Of a stretch of 64,000 bases of DNA, positions 17,803 through 27,922 are shown one piece after another. The translations under genes and the position numbers were made by a program. Origin of the DNA: an uncultured Acidobacteriota bacterium (GTDB lineage Bacteria > Acidobacteriota > JAAYUB01); the NCBI GenBank assembly GCA_964412195.1, contig CAYPNP010000002.1, forward strand, positions 361,308 to 425,307, written 5' to 3'. The notes below the pieces were generated by a model. The model was not told the DNA's origin and searched no databases. It worked only from the letters and a program-made list of their open reading frames with translations. The stretch's first letter is position 1. Every line of letters begins with the position of its first letter.

Positions 17803-18288
17803 ATGAAGAAACCTCACTGGCTGGCTCTTGCCGGAACCTGCTTTCTCCTGGATGTGGCAACGAAGTTGTGGGTGGCCCAGCGTCTTCCGATCCGTGAGGA
17901 GATCGTTGTCATCACGGGCTTTTTCAGCATCACCCCCATCACCAACAACGGGATCGCGTTCAGCCTGCTCGCCGGCCCCGACTCCATCTGGAGGACGGCG
18001 TTGCTGACCGCAGCGGCGGCGATCTCCCTGGCCTACATCGCCTGGCTGGTCTGGCGTGAACCCCGCCTCGGCGGCCTGCTGGGCTCCGGTCTGGCGATGG
18101 TGAGCGGAGGGATCCTCGGCAATTCCGTCAACCGCCTCCTGACCGGCTCCGTCGTGGATTTCCTGGACTTCCACTTCCGCCACCTGGCCTGGCCCACCTT
18201 CAACCTGGCGGACACCTTCATCTCCGTGGGCGCCGGCTTGATCGTGCTGCATCTGCTCCGCCCGCCAAAGGAAAAGCCGTGCCCCTGA
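17803..18288 (+). CDS. lspA: lipoprotein signal peptidase (signal peptidase II)
   Basis: Conserved LspA blocks (NNGIAFSLL, FNLADTFISVG). Confidence 0.85.
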   Translation: MKKPHWLALAGTCFLLDVATKLWVAQRLPIREEIVVITGFFSITPITNNGIAFSLLAGPDSIWRTALLTAAAAISLAYIAWLVWREPRLGGLLGSGLAMVSGGILGNSVNRLLTGSVVDFLDFHFRHLAWPTFNLADTFISVGAGLIVLHLLRPPKEKPCP

Positions 18289-18899
18289 TCGCTGCCACCC
18301 TCCTCCTGTGCCTGGCGGGGACCGCCCCTGAACCGGACGCCCTCCGCCGGTTCCTGGACGATTTCCAGCGCGTCCAGACCCTCGAAGCCCGCTTCGAGCA
18401 GCAGGTCGAAACGGCGGCCGGGCTCGAGTCTGCGTCCGGCGTGGTCTGGATGCGGCGCCCCGACCGCTTGAAGTGGGAATACCAGCAGCCCGAACGGAAG
18501 CTCTTCTTCCTCAAGAAGAACCGGTACCAATTCTACCTCCCCGGCGAAAATCAGCTGGTCGTGCAGGACCTGGAACCGGCCGAGCTCGACGAGACGCCCC
18601 TGGTGTTCATCCTGGGCGGCCGGAAGGGACTGAAGGAGTCCTACTCCAGCCAGCTCGTCGAATCGCGGGACGGCCGGTGGCGCTATCTGCTGACCGCCCG
18701 GAAAACGGGGGCGCCATTTCCCCGGGTCATCCTGACCCTTGCCGGGGAACCGCTGTTCATCGAGGAAATGGTCCTGCACGAGGACAGCGGGTCGGTTTAC
18801 ACCTACCGGTTCCGGGACGTCCGGTTCAATCCCAGGCTGCCGGGAGACCTGTTCGACTTCCGTCCCCCGCCCGGCGTGGAAATCGTCCGGATGGAATAG
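18279..18899 (+). CDS. LolA-like outer-membrane lipoprotein carrier / sorting protein; GTG start overlapping the lspA stop
   Basis: Signal peptide and LolA-like beta-rich composition; the pairing with lspA supports an envelope-biogenesis role. Similarity is weak. Confidence 0.55.
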   Translation: MPLIAATLLLCLAGTAPEPDALRRFLDDFQRVQTLEARFEQQVETAAGLESASGVVWMRRPDRLKWEYQQPERKLFFLKKNRYQFYLPGENQLVVQDLEPAELDETPLVFILGGRKGLKESYSSQLVESRDGRWRYLLTARKTGAPFPRVILTLAGEPLFIEEMVLHEDSGSVYTYRFRDVRFNPRLPGDLFDFRPPPGVEIVRME

Positions 18900-18969
18900 G
18901 CGCCCCCACGAAACTTCCGGACCCGTTCCGTCATCATTAGGTCCCGACAGGACACCAGAGCCGTTGACC

Positions 18970-20010
18970 ATGGAATATAAGGACTACTACAAAGTTCTCG
19001 GAGTGCCCAAAGACGCCGACCAGGCCGCGATCAAGAAAGCCTACCGCCGTCTGGCCCGCAAGCATCATCCCGACTTCAACAAGGGAAACCCGGAGTCCGA
19101 GCGGAAGTTCAAGGAAATCAACGAGGCATATCAAGTTCTGGGCGATCCCGACAAACGCAAGCGGTACGACCAGCTGGGGGCCAACTGGGACAGCTTCGGC
19201 CAGACCGGGGGCGCCCCGCCCGATTTCTCCGGTTTCCAGGGCTATCCCGGCGGCGGTTTCCAGGATTTTTCCGCCGGCAAGTTTTCGGGCTTCAGCGATT
19301 TCTTCAAGACGTTCTTCGGCGGCTTTGACCTCTTCACCGACACGGAGGAGCCCCGCGCATCCCGGCGTGCCTCCTCGCGAAGGGCTGCGGAGAAAACCGC
19401 CGACGCGAGTGCGGAGATCCACATCACCCTGCGTGAGGCCGTGCAGGGCGGCCGGGCCCGTCTGACCCTCCAGCGGGAGACCCCCTGCCGCCAATGCGGC
19501 GGTCAGGGCCTGTCCGGCAGCGGGATCTGCCCGGCCTGCATGGGGCGCGGCAGCGTCTTCCAGCCCGAGGACATCGAGGTGAACATCCCGGCCGGGGTGC
19601 AGCAGGGCTCGCGGATCCGCCTCCAGGGCAAGGGCGGGGCGTCGGCCCGGTCGGGCCAGCCCGGCGACCTTTACCTCTCGGTCAACATCCAGGAGGACAA
19701 GTCCTTCCACCTGCGCGGCCGCAACATCCACATGGAAGTGCCGCTGACCTCGAGCGAGGCGGCGTTGGGCGCCGAGGTGGATGTCCCGACCGTGACCGGC
19801 AAGGTCCGGATGCGGATCCCTCCGGAAACCCAGAACGGGACCACGTTCCGCCTCAAGGGCAAGGGCCTGCCCGCGCTGGGCCGCCACGCCGCCGGCGACC
19901 AGATCGTGACAGTCCGCATCGTCATCCCGTCCAACCTGTCGGCGCGGGAGAAGGAGCTGTACCACGAGCTGGCGCGGATCCGCCGCTGGGATCCCCGCTC
20001 GGGCAGCTGA
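18970..20010 (+). CDS. DnaJ-domain chaperone (CbpA/DnaJ-like)
   Basis: J-domain (DYYKVLGV...HHPDFN), a G/F-rich region, one CxxCxGxG zinc-finger pair, and a C-terminal substrate-binding domain. The internal ATG at 18970 is the likely start. Confidence 0.8.
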   Translation: MEYKDYYKVLGVPKDADQAAIKKAYRRLARKHHPDFNKGNPESERKFKEINEAYQVLGDPDKRKRYDQLGANWDSFGQTGGAPPDFSGFQGYPGGGFQDFSAGKFSGFSDFFKTFFGGFDLFTDTEEPRASRRASSRRAAEKTADASAEIHITLREAVQGGRARLTLQRETPCRQCGGQGLSGSGICPACMGRGSVFQPEDIEVNIPAGVQQGSRIRLQGKGGASARSGQPGDLYLSVNIQEDKSFHLRGRNIHMEVPLTSSEAALGAEVDVPTVTGKVRMRIPPETQNGTTFRLKGKGLPALGRHAAGDQIVTVRIVIPSNLSAREKELYHELARIRRWDPRSGS

Positions 20011-20120
20011 GGCCGGCCCCGCCGCGGATCGTCCAAGACACCCGGCCCGACATCTGATAGCATGGAAGCACCCGCCGCCGGAGCCGGATCCGGAAGGGGG
20101 GCAAGGAGCAACGCGACGCC

Positions 20121-20957
20121 ATGAACAACATGAAAACGGTATTGCTGATGGGTCTGCTGACCGGCATCTTCCTCGCCATCGGCAGCATCTGGGGCCGCGG
20201 GGGCCTGACGCTGGCCCTGGCGGCCGCGGCCGTGATGAACTTCGTTTCCTATTTTTTCTCCGACAAGATCGTACTGGCCATGTACCGCGCCCGGCGGCTG
20301 GAGCCCGGCCAAGCCCCGGCGCTGGACCGGATCGTCCACACTCTCGCCAGCCAGGCGGGCTTCCCCGTCCCACCGGTATACCTCATCCCAAGCGACGCCC
20401 TCAACGCCTTCGCCACCGGCCGCAGCCCCAGCCACGCCGCCGTGGCGGTGACCGAAGGGCTGCTGCGACGATTGGACGAGCCGATGCTCACGGGGGTGCT
20501 CGCCCACGAGTTCTCCCACATCAAGAACCGCGACATCCTGATCGGCTCCGTGGCGGCCACCCTGGCCGGCGCCATCATGTGGGCGGCCAGCCTGGTCCGG
20601 TGGGGCGCGATCTTCGGCGGCGGCGGGCGCGACGACCGCGACGGGGGCAGCCCGCTGGTCATGCTGGCCATGGTGATCCTCGCCCCCATCGCCGCCATGC
20701 TGGTCCAGATGGCCATCTCCCGCTCCCGGGAGTACGAGGCTGATGCCGGCGGCGCCCGGCTGGCCGGCACGCCGGACGGCCTGGCCCGCGCCCTGCAGGT
20801 CATCGAGGATTCCAGCCGGCGCGCCCCCATGCCCGCCTCGCCCGCCACGGCCCACATGTTCATCATGAAGCCGTTCAGCGGCCGCGGGCTCATGAACCTC
20901 TTCAGCACCCACCCGCCGGTGGAAAAGCGGATCGCCCGCCTGATGGGGCGGGAGTAG
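20121..20957 (+). CDS. htpX: protease HtpX homolog (M48 zinc metalloprotease)
   Basis: HEFSH zinc motif, TM helices, and the HtpX C-terminus. Confidence 0.85.
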   Translation: MNNMKTVLLMGLLTGIFLAIGSIWGRGGLTLALAAAAVMNFVSYFFSDKIVLAMYRARRLEPGQAPALDRIVHTLASQAGFPVPPVYLIPSDALNAFATGRSPSHAAVAVTEGLLRRLDEPMLTGVLAHEFSHIKNRDILIGSVAATLAGAIMWAASLVRWGAIFGGGGRDDRDGGSPLVMLAMVILAPIAAMLVQMAISRSREYEADAGGARLAGTPDGLARALQVIEDSSRRAPMPASPATAHMFIMKPFSGRGLMNLFSTHPPVEKRIARLMGRE

Positions 20958-20966
20958 ACCGCGGCG

Positions 20967-21905
20967 ATGGCCTACCGGTATCTCTTTGGACCCGTGCCCT
21001 CCCGCCGCCTGGGGATTTCCCTGGGCGTCGACCTCGTACCGCCCAAGATCTGCTCGATGGACTGCGTGTACTGCGAGTGCGGCCGCACAACGGAGCTGAC
21101 CCTGGAGCGGGGGGAATACGTGCCCACGACCGAGGTGGCCCGGGAGCTGGACCATTTCCTGGCCGGCCACCCGGCGCCGGACTTCGTCACCTTCTCCGGC
21201 GCCGGCGAGCCCACCCTGCACAGCGGCATCGGGAGGATCCTCTCGCATCTGAAGGCCGCCCACCGGGCGCCCGTGGCCCTGATCACCAACGCCACGCTGC
21301 TCGACCGGCCGGAGTTGCGCCGGGAGCTGCGGGACCTCGACGTGATCCTGCCGTCCCTGGACTCGGCCACAGCTGCCGGGCTCCGGCAGATCAACCGCCC
21401 CCATCCGGACATCCGGCCGGAGCGGATCGTGGACGGCCTGGCCGCCTTCCGGGAGGAGTTCCCGGGCGAAATCTGGCTGGAGATCTTCCTGCTGCACCCG
21501 TTCAACACCACGGACGCCGAGCTGGGGCAGCTGCAGGCCGCCGTCGACCGCATCCGGCCCGACCGGGTGCAGCTCAACTCCCTCGACCGCCCCGGGACGG
21601 AAGCCTGGGTGGAAAAGGTGTCGCAGGCCGATCTGGAATCCATCGCCGCCCGGCTCGCTCACCCACGGGTGGAAATCATTTCAAAGTACCGCCGGCGCCT
21701 GGACATCCGGGCCTACCGGCAGGACATCGAAGCGGCCATCGTCGAGACCATCTCCCGGCGGCCCTGCACCGTCCACGACCTCTGCGACGTCCTGGGCCTC
21801 CGGCCCCTGGAGGTCCGCAAGTACCTGGACGTCCTGGAGTCCGACCGGCGCCTGAAGGCGGAAATCCAGGACCGCGGCATCTTCTACCGGCTCCTCGTAC
21901 CCTAA
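20967..21905 (+). CDS. radical SAM protein with a C-terminal winged-helix-like domain
   Basis: CSMDCVYCEC is a CxxxCxxC radical-SAM cluster motif. Confidence 0.75.
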   Translation: MAYRYLFGPVPSRRLGISLGVDLVPPKICSMDCVYCECGRTTELTLERGEYVPTTEVARELDHFLAGHPAPDFVTFSGAGEPTLHSGIGRILSHLKAAHRAPVALITNATLLDRPELRRELRDLDVILPSLDSATAAGLRQINRPHPDIRPERIVDGLAAFREEFPGEIWLEIFLLHPFNTTDAELGQLQAAVDRIRPDRVQLNSLDRPGTEAWVEKVSQADLESIAARLAHPRVEIISKYRRRLDIRAYRQDIEAAIVETISRRPCTVHDLCDVLGLRPLEVRKYLDVLESDRRLKAEIQDRGIFYRLLVP

Positions 21906-21947
21906 AGCAGCCGATCCTGTGGCCGCGCCGGGGCCGGAAAATAAAAA

Positions 21948-21970
21948 GGACCCTTGCGGGTCCTTTCACG
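21948..21970 (+). terminator. rho-independent terminator after the radical SAM gene
   Basis: GGACCC-ttgc-GGGTCC hairpin followed by TTTCACGTTT. Confidence 0.55.
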
Positions 21971-22484
21971 TTTGGGGAGGTTGGTGTTTTTCGGAAATCG
22001 CTATTGCAATGCTGATGCCAACCGAGGGATTTCCCAATTATCATTTTTATTTTCAGTTAATTGCGCGCGGATTAGCCGGTTGATCTGCTCTGAAGGGATT
22101 CCCAAAACGCAACGAAGTGTTTCAGCCCGCCGGAATCCCGCCCGCCGGAATCCATCATCCCAAGCGAGATTAATTTGCAACTGATTGATATATTATGCTT
22201 TTAATAATATGATCAGCAGCGCAACAATTTGATGCAGGAGCGAATTGGAATATTTTCAATTCTGTTATGATTTTGATTCATGAAAAATCTCACCCTGCCG
22301 GAGGCCGTTGACGTCTGGCAGTTTCCCCCTTGGCCCTCCTGCAACGTTATGTGGCACCCATCAACCCTCCTGGAAGCGGTCCCGGCCGTTGCGTCCCGGC
22401 CATCCCTGTGGTATAAAGGCCATTACTTCGCCCCCCGTCCGCCCGGATTTTGTCCGAACCGGCCGGCCGCCCAGGAGTTATGTG

Positions 22485-23438
22485 ATGGAGGAGACGCTCG
22501 AGAAGATCCGCCAGGGAGACCGGCGCGCACTCGCGCGGGCCATCAGCCGCATCGAGAACGGCGACCCGGCGGCCGTGGATCTCCTCAAGCAGGCCTTCCG
22601 GCACACCGGCCACGCCCTGGTGATCGGCGTGACCGGCGCCCCGGGGGCCGGCAAGAGTTCCCTGGTCGACCAGCTGACGGCCCAGATCCGCCAGTCCGGC
22701 CGCACCGTGGCGGTGGTCGCCGTCGACCCGTCCAGCCCTTTCAGCGGAGGCGCGATCCTGGGGGACCGCGTCCGGATGCAGCGGCACGCATCCGATCCCG
22801 GGACCTTCATCCGGAGCATGGCCACCCGCGGCAACCTCGGCGGCTTGTCCGGCACCACGGCCGACGTGGTGCTCCTGCTGGACGCCGCCGGCTTCGACTG
22901 CATCCTGGTGGAAACTGTCGGCGTCGGCCAGGACGAGGTGGACATCGTCAAGACGGCCCACGTCTGCCTGGTCGTCCTCGTGCCGGGCATGGGCGACGAC
23001 ATCCAGGCCATCAAGGCCGGCATCATGGAGATCGGCGACATCTTCGTCATCAACAAGGCCGACCGCGAGGGCACCCAGAAAACCGAGCAGGAGATCCGGG
23101 CCATCCTGGCCATGAACCACCGCGAGGACGGCTGGGACCCGCCGGTGGTCCGGACCGTCGCCATCCGCGGGGAGGGGACCGAGGATCTCCTCGGCGCGAT
23201 CCGGCGCACGGAGCAATTCCTGGAAACCCGCCACCGGCAGGGGCGGTTCGCCCTGCGCTCCACCCAGGAGAAGCTGTTGCAGCTGTCGCGGGATCGCCTG
23301 TTCCAGGACTTCCTGGAGGCTTCCGGCTTCGCCGAAAACCTCAAGGAACTGGCGGAAAAAGTGTTGGACAAATCCGTCGATCCCTATTCTATAATAGAAA
23401 ACTTCATCACCCGGTACAAAGGCAAAGGAGAGGTCTGA
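22485..23438 (+). CDS. meaB: methylmalonyl-CoA-mutase-associated GTPase MeaB/ArgK
   Basis: P-loop GVTGAPGAGKSS, the NKAD motif, and overall MeaB similarity. CAGGAG RBS 7 nt upstream. Confidence 0.85.
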   Translation: MEETLEKIRQGDRRALARAISRIENGDPAAVDLLKQAFRHTGHALVIGVTGAPGAGKSSLVDQLTAQIRQSGRTVAVVAVDPSSPFSGGAILGDRVRMQRHASDPGTFIRSMATRGNLGGLSGTTADVVLLLDAAGFDCILVETVGVGQDEVDIVKTAHVCLVVLVPGMGDDIQAIKAGIMEIGDIFVINKADREGTQKTEQEIRAILAMNHREDGWDPPVVRTVAIRGEGTEDLLGAIRRTEQFLETRHRQGRFALRSTQEKLLQLSRDRLFQDFLEASGFAENLKELAEKVLDKSVDPYSIIENFITRYKGKGEV

Positions 23439-23845
23439 TGTTCAAGAAAGTCGACCACATCGGCATCGCCGTGCCGAGCCTGGCGGAGACGCAGAAATTC
23501 TACCAGGACGCGCTCGGCCTGCACCTGCACGAGATCGAGGAAGTGCCCGAGCAGAAGGTCCGCGTGGCCATGTTCCCCGTCGGGGAGACCAACCTGGAGT
23601 TCCTCGAGCCCACCGGCCCCGAGTCCCCCATCGCCAAGTTCATCGAGAAGAAGGGATCCGGCATCCACCACGTCGCCATCCAGGTGGAGGACATCGACCG
23701 GCTGCTGGCCGACCTCAAGAGCCGCGGCGTCCGCCTGATCAACGAGACGCCCGTTCCCGGCGCCGGGGGCAAGCGGATCGCCTTCGTCCACCCCGCCTCC
23801 ACCGGCGGCATCCTCCTGGAGCTGTCCCAGGAAAAGCGCTCCTGA
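23438..23845 (+). CDS. mce: methylmalonyl-CoA epimerase (VOC/glyoxalase family)
   Basis: [12 protein letters not shown]...[11 protein letters not shown] is the VOC fold. Start overlaps the meaB stop. Confidence 0.8.
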   Translation: MFKKVDHIGIAVPSLAETQKFYQDALGLHLHEIEEVPEQKVRVAMFPVGETNLEFLEPTGPESPIAKFIEKKGSGIHHVAIQVEDIDRLLADLKSRGVRLINETPVPGAGGKRIAFVHPASTGGILLELSQEKRS

Positions 23846-23882
23846 CGGCCGTCGGGACCACCACCCCGCAAGGAGTCATCGC

Positions 23883-24755
23883 ATGAACCAGATCCCCCTT
23901 GGCATCATCGGCGGCAGCGGCCTTTACAACATGAAGGAGTTGTCTGACATCGAGGAGATCAAGGTCGACACCCCCTTCGGCGCGCCCAGCGACAACTATA
24001 TCGTCGGCACTCTCGCGAAGCACCGGGTGGCGTTCCTGCCCCGGCACGGGCGGGGGCACCGCTTCTCGCCGTCGGAGATCAACTACCGGGCGAACATCTA
24101 CGGTTTCAAGAAACTGGGCGTGGGACAGATCCTGTCGGTCTCGGCCGTGGGCTCCCTCAAGGAAGAACACAAGCCGCTGGACATCATCCTGCCGGACCAG
24201 TTCGTGGACCGCACCACGCGGCGGGTCTCGACGTTTTTCGGCGACGGGATCGTCGCCCACATCGGATTCGGCGACCCGGTCTGCCACTCGCTGGCAGGTT
24301 TCGTCTGGCAGGGCGCCGAAAACGCCGGCATCCCGGTCAAGACGGGCGGGACCTATCTCTGCATGGAAGGCCCGGCCTTCTCCACCCGCGCCGAGAGCAA
24401 TCTTTACCGGAAGTGGGGCCTGGACATCATCGGCATGACCAACCTGCAGGAGGCGAAGCTGGCGCGGGAGGCGGAGATTTGCTACGTCACCATTGCCCTC
24501 GTGACCGACTATGACTGCTGGCACGAATCGGAGGAGGAGGTCAGCGTCGACATCATCATCGCCAACCTGATGAAGAACAACGAGAACGCCCAGAAGATCA
24601 TCAAGGAAACCCTCAAGCTCCTGCCGGAAGAGCGCGACTGCTCTTGCCGCCACGCCTTACAGAACGCCATCATCACCCAGCCGGACGCCATCCCCCCGGA
24701 GACTCGCGAAAAGCTGGCCCTGCTGGTGGGCAAGTACCTCCCCGGCAAGGAATGA
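23883..24755 (+). CDS. mtnP: S-methyl-5'-thioadenosine phosphorylase
   Basis: [11 protein letters not shown]-terminus and PNP/MTAP family blocks. Confidence 0.85.
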   Translation: MNQIPLGIIGGSGLYNMKELSDIEEIKVDTPFGAPSDNYIVGTLAKHRVAFLPRHGRGHRFSPSEINYRANIYGFKKLGVGQILSVSAVGSLKEEHKPLDIILPDQFVDRTTRRVSTFFGDGIVAHIGFGDPVCHSLAGFVWQGAENAGIPVKTGGTYLCMEGPAFSTRAESNLYRKWGLDIIGMTNLQEAKLAREAEICYVTIALVTDYDCWHESEEEVSVDIIIANLMKNNENAQKIIKETLKLLPEERDCSCRHALQNAIITQPDAIPPETREKLALLVGKYLPGKE

Positions 24756-24786
24756 CCGGGATCTTCCTACTGCCGAGGAGACACGC

Positions 24787-25701
24787 ATGAATCAAAGCCC
24801 TATCCGCCTGCTGGCTGTTGGGTCGGTCGCGTTCGACAGCGTCAGGACACCGTTCGGCCACGCGGACCGCGTGGTCGGCGGCTCCGCCACCTACTTCAGC
24901 CTGGCCGCCAGCTACTTCGCCGAAGTGGCCATCGTGGCCGTCGTGGGGGAGGATTTCCGGGAGGAGCACTTCCGGCCCTTTGTCGAAAAGGGCATCGACG
25001 TCCGCCAGGTCCAACGTGCCCGGGGAAAATCCTTTTACTGGGCCGGCGAGTACGGCGCCAACCTCAACGAGGCGAAGACCCTGGTGACGGAATTGAACGT
25101 CTTCGCCGACTTCCAGCCCGAGATCCATCCGGATTACCGCCACGCGCCGGTGCTCTTCCTCGGCAACATCGACCCGGTCCTGCAAAACCACGTGCTGGAC
25201 CAGATGGAGCGCCCCCGGCTGACGGGCCTGGACACGATGAACTACTGGATCCAGAACCGGCCCCGCGAACTGGCCGCCGTGCTCGGCCGCATCGACATCC
25301 TGTTCGTCAACGAGACCGAAGCCCGGATGCTCACCGGCGAGTTTCACCTGCTGCGCGCCCTGCGCCGGATCACGGCCATGGGCCCGCGGACCGTCGTCGT
25401 GAAGCGGGGCGAGTACGGGGCGCTCGTCTACCGGGACGGGGAGCTGTTCATCGCCCCAGCCTACCTCATGGAGGAGGTGTTCGACCCCACGGGGGCGGGC
25501 GACTGCTTCGGCGGCGGGTTCATGGGTTACCTCGCCAGCGTCCCGGAGGCCGATTTCCCTGCCCTGCGCCAGGCAGTCCTATACGGCACCACCATGGCCT
25601 CGTTCAACATCGAGAGCTTCTCAGTTGAGCGGCTGCGGTTATTGACCTTCCCCGAGATCCGCGAGCGCTGCGACCGGTTCCGGAAGATGATCACCGTCTG
25701 A
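24787..25701 (+). CDS. PfkB-family carbohydrate/nucleoside kinase
   Basis: Ribokinase-like GG motif and a C-terminal DPTGAGDCF anion-hole motif. Confidence 0.8.
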   Translation: MNQSPIRLLAVGSVAFDSVRTPFGHADRVVGGSATYFSLAASYFAEVAIVAVVGEDFREEHFRPFVEKGIDVRQVQRARGKSFYWAGEYGANLNEAKTLVTELNVFADFQPEIHPDYRHAPVLFLGNIDPVLQNHVLDQMERPRLTGLDTMNYWIQNRPRELAAVLGRIDILFVNETEARMLTGEFHLLRALRRITAMGPRTVVVKRGEYGALVYRDGELFIAPAYLMEEVFDPTGAGDCFGGGFMGYLASVPEADFPALRQAVLYGTTMASFNIESFSVERLRLLTFPEIRERCDRFRKMITV

Positions 25702-25774
25702 CCCCAATCGCCGGGTTGTTGGTTGTTTGGCTTTCGGGGGGATTCATTGACAACACGCCGTCGTCCAGGTTGAG

Positions 25775-27916
25775 ATGTTTACCGCTCCCGAGTCGAAAGA
25801 ATCGAAAAATTGCTCTTCTGAGCCAACAAGGATTTCCCGTGTTGAGTTGATATTTTTTCTGGTCCTTTTCCTCTTCACTGCCTGTATTCTGATCATGCAC
25901 TTCGATTTCCCCCCGCTCCCCCACAACGATTTCGTCCAATTCTCCAGTCCAGCCAAAGCCTGGCTGGAATTTCAGATGCCGAAGTATTACAAAATCATGC
26001 CAGCCTTCCCGCTGGCGATCGCCGGCGTATCCCTGCTGGTCCCCCATGATCCGACTTTGTTGCATTCTTGCGAAATCGTAGTCCTGGGATCGGCTCTGGT
26101 CTTCTTGATTTTCTTCTGGCTCATTGTCCGACGCATCCTGCCCCACCTATGGCCCGTGCTGATGCTGTTCATCGTGATCAACCCCTACTTCATGGAATTC
26201 TCGCTTCAGACCCTCATGGAGATGTTCATTCTGGCGTCATTCACGGTCACTTTATGGGCATGTTCCAGACGAACGGAGTGGTCCGCGCTGCCGGCTGCCT
26301 GGACTTCGTTGACCCGATACGATTCCGTGTTTGTCGTGCCGCTTGTCGGCATCTTCCAGTATTTGAAGGGCGGCAAGAAAATCCGTACTCTGATCATCAC
26401 GATCCTGGCCGGCACCCCTTTCCTGATCTGGCTGGTACTCAGCGTGATCCACTCCCCCATGGTGAATCCCTACGTGGAAGAGATCCTCGATCCCACCCGG
26501 GAATTCGCCTTCATTCCCCTCGTCCGGATGCTGGTGCGGATGCTGATCGGCAGATCCCCTGTAGCTTGGCCTGCTCTGACAGGAGGAGAGATCGTTCTGG
26601 GCTTGGGGGTATTTGTCCTCGCATTGATTGGCGCTGTCCGGCTATGGAAAAGCAATCGAATCACGACCGGAGTCATGATCGGTTTCATTGCGAGCTATTT
26701 CCTCGTCCACGCCATCTTCAGGGCGGCCAACTACAGGTACAACTATCCGATCATCCCCTATTTGGGCTTGCTCGTCTTCATCAGCTTGGAACCTCGGAAT
26801 TCCGCCATCCGGTTTGCCTGGTCCTGGCGGAGGGCGGCACTCTTTCTGCTCCCCGGCGCCCTCCTGATTTGGGGCACGTGGGGATCGATCTTGTCCGGAT
26901 GGGTCCTGGCAATGTGGCTGTTCGCCATCGCCTGGTTCACCGTGCTTTTCGGGTGGAAAGAAGCAGGATCCCGGAAAAGGCGAGTCATCGCGTTTTTCAT
27001 CGGTTTGGCTGGATTGCTATGTCTCTGGCCTCCTCTTAAAATCTGGGATCTATCGTACTTTGAACAGCGGGGCCGTTTTTCCGAACTCATCGCCGCTTAC
27101 CGGTGGGTGAAGCAGAACTGCTCTCCGGACGATCGAGTCCTCATGGTCACTCCGTGGTATCTGGAAGCCAGGTATCCCCGCGGAGAATTGAAGAATTTCG
27201 TAGCCACCGATAATTTGCAGAGTAAGGATGCGCTGGGTTTCATCGACGAGTGCCGGATTCAGGATTTGGACTATGTTATCTGGCTGAGCTATGCCAAGGA
27301 TTTCGGCCGGGTGGACTATTTTCACAAGGAGACGCGCGAGTACCTTTTAAACGAGGCTCAACTGGGCGATCCCCGATCGAAACCCAATTTCCAGCTGATT
27401 CGGGTGCTGCCTGGTTTAACCGGCCAACAAGCGTTGGTCTATAAATTCCGGCCGGAATCGTCCACGCGCATGCAGCAGGATTTCCTGGATTTCAACCGGG
27501 AAGACAACTTCCGCTTGCTTCTCTCTGAAGGATGGTGTCCATCATTGGACGGCCATCCCGGTGGCAGGTTCTTGTGGGCGGTGGGGAAAGCCTCCAATTT
27601 CAATCTATTCCTGAAGAATGTAAAATCGGGGGGATCATTAAATTTCGTGGCTTTTCCCTTGGTAGGAGATAAACTGCCCTCCCAGACGATCGATGTATTC
27701 GTGAACGATCACTGGACGGGCAAGGTGGTGCTGATCCCGAAGGAAGAGAGGTACTCTGTGGATTTGAAGGGAGATTTCCTCCTGACGGGCAGGAATCGTT
27801 TCCGCTTTGAATATGCTTTCTGCGCCAGGCCCATAGACCTGGGTACAGGTCCAGACGTCCGCGAGCTTTCCGTACTCTTCAAGAAGATATATTTTCTTTC
27901 CAACGGGAACCGGTGA
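25775..27916 (+). CDS. large polytopic membrane protein with a periplasmic C-terminal domain; putative GT-C-fold (ArnT/PMT-like) glycosyltransferase; start uncertain
   Basis: At least 10 predicted TM helices in the N-terminal 430 aa, then a soluble domain. The gene is markedly lower in GC (about 50%) than its neighbours and is immediately followed by a Dpm1-like GT2. Confidence 0.55.
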   Translation: MFTAPESKESKNCSSEPTRISRVELIFFLVLFLFTACILIMHFDFPPLPHNDFVQFSSPAKAWLEFQMPKYYKIMPAFPLAIAGVSLLVPHDPTLLHSCEIVVLGSALVFLIFFWLIVRRILPHLWPVLMLFIVINPYFMEFSLQTLMEMFILASFTVTLWACSRRTEWSALPAAWTSLTRYDSVFVVPLVGIFQYLKGGKKIRTLIITILAGTPFLIWLVLSVIHSPMVNPYVEEILDPTREFAFIPLVRMLVRMLIGRSPVAWPALTGGEIVLGLGVFVLALIGAVRLWKSNRITTGVMIGFIASYFLVHAIFRAANYRYNYPIIPYLGLLVFISLEPRNSAIRFAWSWRRAALFLLPGALLIWGTWGSILSGWVLAMWLFAIAWFTVLFGWKEAGSRKRRVIAFFIGLAGLLCLWPPLKIWDLSYFEQRGRFSELIAAYRWVKQNCSPDDRVLMVTPWYLEARYPRGELKNFVATDNLQSKDALGFIDECRIQDLDYVIWLSYAKDFGRVDYFHKETREYLLNEAQLGDPRSKPNFQLIRVLPGLTGQQALVYKFRPESSTRMQQDFLDFNREDNFRLLLSEGWCPSLDGHPGGRFLWAVGKASNFNLFLKNVKSGGSLNFVAFPLVGDKLPSQTIDVFVNDHWTGKVVLIPKEERYSVDLKGDFLLTGRNRFRFEYAFCARPIDLGTGPDVRELSVLFKKIYFLSNGNR

Positions 27917-27922
27917 GTCGTG

